Part shown: piece by piece, positions 56,825 to 64,000 of the stretch
Position numbering within the stretch: position 1 is the stretch's first letter
How the letters are laid out: the number at the start of each line of letters is the position of its first letter
Source of the DNA: a bacterium
Lineage (GTDB): Bacteria; Electryoneota; Electryoneia; Electryoneales; Electryoneaceae
Direction: 5' to 3'
NCBI GenBank assembly: GCA_043801585.1
Contig: JAZDLX010000184.1
Span: forward strand, 1 to 64,000
DNA: 64,000 bases
Made by a program: the position numbers and the translations under genes
Notes under the pieces: generated by a model
What the model saw: the letters and a program-made list of their open reading frames with translations, nothing else
Databases searched by the model: none
Told to the model about the DNA's origin: nothing

Positions 56825-59731
56825 TTACTTGATCAGAACCATCTTCTGCATCTTGTGGAAATCAGCCGCATCGAAGCGCAGGAAGTAAACGCCCGAAGCC
56901 ACCGGCATATTCGAATCGTTCACACCGTGCCACATCACCGTATGCTGTCCAGCGACCATCGGCTGATCAATCAGCGTCCGGACCTTCTGGCCCAGCATGT
57001 TGTAAACAATCACCTTGACAGCAGCATTCTTGGGAAGCTGGAAGGCGACCGTGGTGGATGGGTTGAACGGGTTCGGATAGACGGGATACAGCGCGAAGAC
57101 CTTCGGCAGACCGGCCTCTGCGACAGATGCTTGCGGTCCCAGGAGGCTCTCCACATCGTACCAGAGACGTGGCTCGAGCTTCCAGGTGCCATAGCTGTAC
57201 AACCAGATGCCCTGGATCCACGCCGGGCTGGTGTTCGATGTACCACCCGCGAGACCGCTGAACCAGGCCTTGATCGTCGAATTGTTGGCGGCATAGTTGA
57301 TCATGTCATCATCGACAAGGAACCGGTTGCCGCCGGCATCCTCAAAGGTCCAGTCGTACGAGTTCTTCTGCACGAAGGTCGGGTTCAGGATCTTCACAGC
57401 CTGGCTCTCATAGGGCTCAGGTGTGCCGGTCAGATCCGTAACGGAAACTTCGTGGAAGGTCAATGCATTGCCGGAGCTGTTGACTGTGAAGTTCGTGCCA
57501 ACGCTCTTCAGACGGGTGTTGTTGACGAACTTGCTGCCACCCGTGATTTCGTTGACGACACCGGTGACGGTAATCGCATCACCCGCTTCAACGGCACTTC
57601 CAACAGCCATGTCAGTGCTGTTGATGTGGACCAGAATTGAGTTCCATGAAGGATCCGTACCTGCTTGGAGATAGTACGCGCAACCTTCCGTATAGCCGTA
57701 CTGGAAAGCAATGTCATTGCTGTCGATAACGACACCCGTTACGGTGACGCTGTAACCTTCGTAACGGCTGCTTCCGCCGGCATACGGTGTCCACTGAAGC
57801 TGTGCAATCGTCAACGGGCTGGCTGACACGTGATACCCGTTGAGGAACTTGCTGGTGTCACTCGGCTCAAGGGTTGTAACGACCGATAGGTCTTCAAAGG
57901 TGTTGAATGCCTCTGAGAAGTACCAGACATCGGCACCCTCGGACTGCGCCGGGATTATGGCCACGAAGGAGTCGCCTTCAACGTTGGTCATCTTGACGCC
58001 TGTAAAGTCGCCGGTTTCACCGACACGGTACCAGACGAACGCGCTGTCAACCTGCACATCGTCAATGATGTTGTACGCGATACCAACCGCATCCGAAGGA
58101 GTCGGAGCAGCGATGTTGCGGCCACCACTGACGAAGAGCGGCGGAGCCTCGCCGAGAACGATGTCGATCAATGGAAACTTGGGAGCAACCTTGTAGGTCC
58201 AGTGCGATCCATCGACATCACCAAGAGAACCGAAGTGATCATAGACCCAGCCGACGACACTGTCGATGATGGTGTTTACTGGCGGTTGACCAAAGGTATC
58301 CCAGTTTGACGCTTCCGGTGAACCGGTAAAGTCGGAGTCGTCGTCGATACCGAATCCGGGTGTGGCGTCCGGAGTAGGATCATCCACAACGAATTTCATG
58401 TTGTCGAGACCCGGGGTATTGTTCACAACCTGGACACCCTTCAGGTAGACAAACGCCGTGCCCCACTTCTCGATTTTACGGCCGTCACGGACATCGGCAA
58501 CAGTCACCTGAACTGGTGCGGGGAGCGGGTGATCGAACGTTGGGACTTCGATCGGCTCCGTGATGAACAGCTCGGTCATGTTGCCTTCACCGGTGATGTA
58601 CTCGGAGATGTACCCGGTGACAATCACCTCATCGCCATCAAAGAGATACGGAAATGCCGTGGAGTCAGGATCATAGGAGAGCACCGAACTCCAGGGCTGC
58701 TCGACGGGATCGGTATCGAGAGCATATACCGCATCGGACATGATGAACTTCACGCCAGCACCGGCGTAGTTGAGGCCTGTGGAACTGGTCACAACACCAC
58801 GCACGGTGACTGTATCCTGTCTGCCGGTAACTGTTCCATCAAAGAATGCGTAACGTGCGTTCGATGAGTAGGACTGATCCAGCATGTAGGTGTTGCCGCT
58901 TCCATCCGTCTGGATCTTCATGTCGTACGGACGGACCTGCTGGAACCACGAGAACTGGGTATACCAGCCGTTGTCAGGATCTACGGCAACCTTCAGGTCA
59001 TGGCTGATTTCGGGAAGGATGTGGTACCCGTAAGAGACGTTGACAACACCGCGAACGTAATCGAAGGGCTGGTCCAGCAATCGCTTGTGGAAATAGCCGT
59101 ACGTGGTGTTTTGCGGGTTGTCAATCAGCACAGTGCTGTCGCCGTCAGTGACAGACCATTCACCGTATCCGGCATCAGCATTGTCACATACCACATCATT
59201 CACTTGGACCAGGACACCTTCCCACTGCTCAGCGCCTGTACGGTTGTAAAACGGGGTCAGGTCCGCTGCAGGAACAACCGTGTAAGCGCACGCAGCAGGC
59301 AGATCAGTCCAGTCCACAACGTCCGAGAGAACAGTGACATCCGTTGCGGGTGTCATCGGCGAAATTTCAGTGATGTAGTTGCCGTTCGTGTCACTGCCGG
59401 ATTTGTACTCCGTCACCTTGCCTCGAACACTGACCTTCGTGCCGAAAGCAAAATCAAAACCCGCAGCGCTTTTGTAGATGTAGACGCCATGCCAGGCGCC
59501 TGCGGAGTCTGCCATCCAGAAACCGCGTCCATCGGGATTCATGGAGAGTGGTTCAAACGTAACCCAACCCTCTACAGTTACGGTGTCGCCCATCAGGGTA
59601 CTTCGATCTTCAGTCACTGGGTCGGCAACGAACTGTACCGTTTTGATGGGTGTAATACCCGGCCATTCCGTAGCGTACGTCGCGGAAACAGCCAACAGCA
59701 TCACAACCATCAGAATGATAACTTTACGCAT
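56825..59731 (-). CDS. T9SS-secreted protein with three OB-fold-like repeat units, an Ig-like domain and a C-terminal secretion tail
   Basis: Signal peptide; three units TV.V.G.V...W..V/I...G..V.V.G.V.EY/E plus E.WEG.LV-like segments; C-terminal YPNPFNPST..VASGVYF..KMVLIK. Confidence 0.8.
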   Translation of the reverse strand: MRKVIILMVVMLLAVSATYATEWPGITPIKTVQFVADPVTEDRSTLMGDTVTVEGWVTFEPLSMNPDGRGFWMADSAGAWHGVYIYKSAAGFDFAFGTKVSVRGKVTEYKSGSDTNGNYITEISPMTPATDVTVLSDVVDWTDLPAACAYTVVPAADLTPFYNRTGAEQWEGVLVQVNDVVCDNADAGYGEWSVTDGDSTVLIDNPQNTTYGYFHKRLLDQPFDYVRGVVNVSYGYHILPEISHDLKVAVDPDNGWYTQFSWFQQVRPYDMKIQTDGSGNTYMLDQSYSSNARYAFFDGTVTGRQDTVTVRGVVTSSTGLNYAGAGVKFIMSDAVYALDTDPVEQPWSSVLSYDPDSTAFPYLFDGDEVIVTGYISEYITGEGNMTELFITEPIEVPTFDHPLPAPVQVTVADVRDGRKIEKWGTAFVYLKGVQVVNNTPGLDNMKFVVDDPTPDATPGFGIDDDSDFTGSPEASNWDTFGQPPVNTIIDSVVGWVYDHFGSLGDVDGSHWTYKVAPKFPLIDIVLGEAPPLFVSGGRNIAAPTPSDAVGIAYNIIDDVQVDSAFVWYRVGETGDFTGVKMTNVEGDSFVAIIPAQSEGADVWYFSEAFNTFEDLSVVTTLEPSDTSKFLNGYHVSASPLTIAQLQWTPYAGGSSRYEGYSVTVTGVVIDSNDIAFQYGYTEGCAYYLQAGTDPSWNSILVHINSTDMAVGSAVEAGDAITVTGVVNEITGGSKFVNNTRLKSVGTNFTVNSSGNALTFHEVSVTDLTGTPEPYESQAVKILNPTFVQKNSYDWTFEDAGGNRFLVDDDMINYAANNSTIKAWFSGLAGGTSNTSPAWIQGIWLYSYGTWKLEPRLWYDVESLLGPQASVAEAGLPKVFALYPVYPNPFNPSTTVAFQLPKNAAVKVIVYNMLGQKVRTLIDQPMVAGQHTVMWHGVNDSNMPVASGVYFLRFDAADFHKMQKMVLIK

Positions 59732-59809
59732 GTTTCTTTATACCTCCCTGTTGGTGAGGATTGTATCTCTCACTTGTCCGTTACACCTGTCCCGGTTGCA
59801 CCGGGCTCT

Positions 59810-62293
59810 TTATTTGATCACCAGAAAACGTCCCATCTTCTTGTCTCCGGAATCGGTGTCCTTGACGACGTAGATGTAGAGTCCCGTTGCGATTTCCTGT
59901 CCTTTCTCCGTCAGCAGATCCCAGGCGTGTTCACCACCGGCGAATGCGCTTCTTTCACCGGTGGAAGACGATCCTCCGATTCGCGCGACATCCTGAGCGC
60001 TATAGGTGGCGGCATCATGTTCGAACCGGTCGATTCGTTCGCCGGCGGTATTGAAGATAGTCACCTCGCAATGCTGGGGGAGATAACGGAACCAGATCAA
60101 CCGCTCATCCTGATTCAAACCGTCCCATGCAGCGCGTCCCCGATATGGATTCGGGTACACGCTGATACGTTGATCGTTGCTGGCGACCGGCCGTGTGCCG
60201 GGATAGGCGAATGTACGGTTTGCGGTTCTATTGGACTCAAGACTCTGCAGGTTGTTCGCCGGGTCGCCCCGGTCATATGCCGTCACCGAGTAATAGAGCT
60301 CACGCGGCCAGCCGTTTTTGACGCCGTAATTGACCCATCGGTAGGTCGGTTCAAATCCAAACTGTGATTGAATTGCGCTTCTAATCGAATCCTCCTGTTC
60401 AACCGTCAACTCCCCGCTGGCGACGAGGGAGTCGAGATGGATGGAGGCCATACCGAGGTCATACCCAACGTGGGTGTTGTCATCATCCGTGGGATCGACG
60501 TCATAATTGACATCCCAATCCGCCAGCAGGGTCCACTCGCCGGTTACACCTTCACTGGTGGTCTTCGGAGAGGAATATACCCGATAGCCTTCAAAGTCGA
60601 TCTTGTTGCTGATCGGATCGACGGCAAATTCCGGAGCATTGTTCCAGTAGAGTGTTACCTGACGGTCCGCGGGCACGATGGCGAGTGATGGAGCAGGAGG
60701 TGCACCTGGCAAAATGTAGCGGGTAATTTTTCCATCACCGTCTTTGTCCTCACCCGGATCCAGGATGCCGTTCCCGTTGCGATCTTCGCCATCATAGGCG
60801 ATCTGTGCCCATTCCGCGTTCAGATACAGGTTACTCCGGCGTTCCGCATTGTCATCACCCGTTCCGTTCCAGAGTCCTGCTACAATCGCATAAGCCACCT
60901 TGTACCGTTCGCCGGGAGCAAGGTTAGGCATCGGACCGGTGGAGAGGAAAAGCATCCATGACTGTTGATAATCGCTTGTCGTCGGAAGACGGTTGCCGTC
61001 GAGACCGACGCGCATCACGTTATAGCGATCTTCCTCGGTCTGAGGCATTCCATATTCATCAGGGAATCGCGACCCACCCCACGTCCACTGGTGAAAATAG
61101 GCATTCCAAGTATTCGGTAGAGCTGCAGCATTGACCGGTTCAGCGCCCAATACCTTCACCCCGAGATAACTCTGAGCCCACCCGGCATCCCCGTCAAAAT
61201 CGAACTGCATCGCCAGACGCTTTGAATTGCTGTAAGCGTTCATGTTGTCATACCAGTTCCAACGCCCACCGGGACCACCCTGACTGCTGTAATAATTCGT
61301 GTAATTCATATTACCAACGGAACCATCCACCCAGACGCCGAAATAGGGATCGGTGATTGCTTTCCCCGTCCAGATCGTGTCGCCATCGGCAAATTCCCGG
61401 ACAACTCCTGCGCCATAATTCACTGTCTCGCCGCCAGCTCCCGCGATCCTCATGCCCGTGGGAATGTTCGTCACCGTGTAGTTGAGGATCGTAAAGGCAT
61501 CCGCGAACGGATCGTTCCAGGAGTAGGCTTCGAGATAGACGTGGATACCGAGAGGTTGATGGTACTTGACTGCAACACCAGTCCCCGGAACAATGAGATT
61601 GGTGTCGGTAAAAGCGGTGATCAGGTCCTGGTGACTGACGGCGTTGGGATCGTAAACGGTGGCGTAGGCGGCGTAGGGGTTTGAGGGTGAGGCATCGACG
61701 ATGGAGCTTCGGGTGACGACGGAATCCCAAGAGGTCGTTCCAAAGTCCCACTCCCCGTTGACCAACGGGGCGTCGATCGCACCACCAAACGTGATGTACG
61801 GGTCTATTGGATCGTCTGCGTGCGTCAGGTCAAACCTGCGGTCGATTTCTGCCAGATGCCGGAAAACAGGTGTATCCCTGATCGTCCGTTGTGCCGAGGA
61901 GGTGAACTCCCACCCACCTTCATCGGGCGCAAACACACCATCGTAAACAGCAGTGGTAACGTGTACTTGTCCATCCTTGACACCACCGATCCAGATGCCA
62001 GCATAACTGAAATGTTCGATCTGTTCTTTCGCGATTGTCGTGCGGATTTTGTACATGCAGGAGGGTTGGTCGGGGGTGTTGAATCCCTGGCCAAGAACAC
62101 CAAAGTTTGTGATCGTCAAGCCGATGTTTCCGACGCTGGTATTATGCCAGTAATCATCACTGGCCGTCTTCCGTAACGCTTTCCCCTGATCAGCGGCGAT
62201 GGTCACATTCGCTGCCAGAATCAGCCCAGCGCCAAAAAACGCCAGTGCAGTACGAACTGGGCTACGAAAGCGATGGATAGGTAAGTGTCTCAC
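59810..62293 (-). CDS. Large exported protein with variant T9SS-type C-terminal domain
   Basis: Signal peptide; GNIGLTITNFG; DxDGDG calcium-type loops; FN3-like DFEGYRVY..YSVTAYD; C-terminal VYPNPY..AWDLLT..IATGLYIYVV..GRFLVIK. Confidence 0.75.
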   Translation of the reverse strand: MRHLPIHRFRSPVRTALAFFGAGLILAANVTIAADQGKALRKTASDDYWHNTSVGNIGLTITNFGVLGQGFNTPDQPSCMYKIRTTIAKEQIEHFSYAGIWIGGVKDGQVHVTTAVYDGVFAPDEGGWEFTSSAQRTIRDTPVFRHLAEIDRRFDLTHADDPIDPYITFGGAIDAPLVNGEWDFGTTSWDSVVTRSSIVDASPSNPYAAYATVYDPNAVSHQDLITAFTDTNLIVPGTGVAVKYHQPLGIHVYLEAYSWNDPFADAFTILNYTVTNIPTGMRIAGAGGETVNYGAGVVREFADGDTIWTGKAITDPYFGVWVDGSVGNMNYTNYYSSQGGPGGRWNWYDNMNAYSNSKRLAMQFDFDGDAGWAQSYLGVKVLGAEPVNAAALPNTWNAYFHQWTWGGSRFPDEYGMPQTEEDRYNVMRVGLDGNRLPTTSDYQQSWMLFLSTGPMPNLAPGERYKVAYAIVAGLWNGTGDDNAERRSNLYLNAEWAQIAYDGEDRNGNGILDPGEDKDGDGKITRYILPGAPPAPSLAIVPADRQVTLYWNNAPEFAVDPISNKIDFEGYRVYSSPKTTSEGVTGEWTLLADWDVNYDVDPTDDDNTHVGYDLGMASIHLDSLVASGELTVEQEDSIRSAIQSQFGFEPTYRWVNYGVKNGWPRELYYSVTAYDRGDPANNLQSLESNRTANRTFAYPGTRPVASNDQRISVYPNPYRGRAAWDGLNQDERLIWFRYLPQHCEVTIFNTAGERIDRFEHDAATYSAQDVARIGGSSSTGERSAFAGGEHAWDLLTEKGQEIATGLYIYVVKDTDSGDKKMGRFLVIK

Positions 62294-62629
62294 GGTCGTA
62301 GCAGGTCCTCACGTTGCTTCCTGAACGGATGCCAATGATTCGACCAGATCGACTTCAGGAGTACAAACCCCTCTGCAGCCGACCTTGCGTCAAGCTGCCG
62401 AACTCTCGTTAAGCTCTCATGAGGAAAAGGTTTAGGTCTCCCGAGAAGCTAACGAATCTTCGGAACCGTGGGAACTGGATCATGTTCCACATTTCACGGC
62501 TTCGGAGAAGATAGGGGCCTTAATCAGACAGCTCCAAGGTCGAGGAGAGTCGTTTTTTAAGGTAGGTATTCCAAACCCTAAGCCCCTGTCTCTGAGAGAT
62601 TTGGCCCCATTTTTAATAACATCACAAGG

Positions 62630-63937
62630 TTATCGAATCAATGTCACACGTCGAAGATCCACACTCCCGCCGCTGACAGTTCTCAACAGATAGACACCGC
62701 TGGAAAGTTTGTCCGCCGGGAGGGTCAAATGATGAGCTCCGGCGGTGAGATACCCCGCCTGCATCTCCCAGACCTGACGTCCGAGGAGATTGTACAGCGC
62801 AAGATGGACCTGGCCGGATTGCCTCAGGTTCAGACTCACACTGGCTGTGCTGTTGAAGGGATTCGGATAGACTGAAACGATCATGAAATGTGAAGGGAGG
62901 TTCTGCACGTAATCGTCCCGCACACCTGAGATCCCATCCACCGCAATGTCCATGACGACCGGGAGGTGATCCGAGGCATAATAGAGGGCGTCAGCCACTT
63001 CTCGGCGAACTGCAAGGTTTTCCGGATAGTTGATATTTAAGTTAAAGTGCTGCCCATCATTACCGAAAGCGTGGTAGCTTTCCGGCAAGTAATCAAGGCC
63101 GGTGCTGTCGAAGAATTCCGGTGACGCGAGGATGAAGTCGAAACGGTCGTCAAGGCCCCCTGTCGCACCTTCATCATAGAGACCTGTTGAAGAGGTGCGT
63201 GTGCTTTGGGTATGAACATCCGCAAACGCACTGTTGTTGGTCCACGATCCCACCCGATTGATAGGATCTCGGAAAAGATCGGTTGACGTTGCGGCTTGCC
63301 AGGCTGTCCCGCTTGCACGATAGAGATTAAAGTCGCCACAGAAAATTAGATTGCTCCCCACCAGAGATTTGTTGTTGATCTGTGTGATCATTGCGTTGAT
63401 CTGCTGCGTCCTCGTCGACTCATCTGCACTATTATTACTTGCTTTCAGGTGCGTGATGAACACGTACATCGTATCAAACAAGTCGTCGTGCTGGAAATTC
63501 ACCTGAAATTGTACGATATCGCGAATCGGTGCGGTGATCAGGTAGATCGGCCCCAGGGAAATCCCGCGATCCGTACGATAGTAAAGCTGAACATCATAGG
63601 AGGATGTCGGTGACAGGAGTGACTTTGCCCACTTGCCGGGGGCGATAACGTCGAGGACGTTGCTAAGGAACCGAGTTGATCCCGTACCACTCCAAACTTC
63701 TTCCACAGAAATGATGTCTGGATCAATCGTGGAGATGACCGTCCGATAATAGGGCTCACGTTCATCCTCGTGATGATCGGCAACGCCGTCATAAGTGTAG
63801 TTCAAGATGTTCCACGCCATAAAGCGGAGCGTTTCCGTCTGTGCCTGAACAGAGTGGATAAAGGTGAGGGAAACCAGCGTGATCAGCAAGCCGCCTGAGA
63901 TCCAACTCTTCAGAAACCGTTTCGTTGCACCGTGCAT
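62630..63937 (-). CDS. Secreted exonuclease/endonuclease/phosphatase (DNase I-like fold) with T9SS C-terminal tail
   Basis: Signal peptide; MAWNIL, VEE, THLKA, GDFN, RFDFIL and SDHLPV (EEP catalytic set); C-terminal YPNPFN..LSSGVYLL. Confidence 0.88.
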   Translation of the reverse strand: MHGATKRFLKSWISGGLLITLVSLTFIHSVQAQTETLRFMAWNILNYTYDGVADHHEDEREPYYRTVISTIDPDIISVEEVWSGTGSTRFLSNVLDVIAPGKWAKSLLSPTSSYDVQLYYRTDRGISLGPIYLITAPIRDIVQFQVNFQHDDLFDTMYVFITHLKASNNSADESTRTQQINAMITQINNKSLVGSNLIFCGDFNLYRASGTAWQAATSTDLFRDPINRVGSWTNNSAFADVHTQSTRTSSTGLYDEGATGGLDDRFDFILASPEFFDSTGLDYLPESYHAFGNDGQHFNLNINYPENLAVRREVADALYYASDHLPVVMDIAVDGISGVRDDYVQNLPSHFMIVSVYPNPFNSTASVSLNLRQSGQVHLALYNLLGRQVWEMQAGYLTAGAHHLTLPADKLSSGVYLLRTVSGGSVDLRRVTLIR

Positions 63938-64000
63938 GGTACGTTCTCCCAAGGCTCTTTCGTACGCACTTCAGTATGGCAAAGATCATGCAGCATGATA

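Overview
Bacterial chromosomal window with no rRNA, tRNA, CRISPR array or intact mobile element that I could recognise. PorV and type IX secretion (T9SS) C-terminal tails together with clear Shine-Dalgarno signals suggest an FCB-superphylum lineage outside the Bacteroidia (inference). From left to right: (1) 1-8061, a minus-strand glycan-modification cluster (UDP-glucuronate epimerase, AsnB-type amidotransferase, short NeuB, GT2/NeuA-like fusion, SpsF-like cytidylyltransferase, two SAM methyltransferases). (2) About 8300-10450, decayed and chimeric gene fragments behind a consensus sigma-54 promoter. (3) PPi-dependent phosphofructokinase and a REP-like palindrome. (4) cheA-cheW-cheB-cheR with no receptor or CheY. 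(5) An operon of an FGE-domain protein, a TPR lipoprotein and an Opp-type ABC importer. (6) A small membrane protein coupled to a hybrid PAS kinase, outer-membrane phospholipase A, and a type-2 IleRS with non-canonical GVHH and RFSKT motifs. (7) A 15 kb, 14-gene overlapping superoperon with the whole shikimate, tryptophan and tyrosine pathway, preceded by an unannotated 45-aa Trp/Tyr-rich leader peptide (WW..WWWYY) with a terminator/antiterminator, apparently on a leaderless mRNA. (8) A 14 kb minus-strand SusD-less locus with a TonB-dependent receptor, PorV and T9SS cargo, including a DNase-I-fold enzyme and a non-catalytic triple OB-fold protein. The two best candidates for an undescribed system are the Trp/Tyr attenuator over the aromatic superoperon and the putative nucleic-acid utilisation locus.
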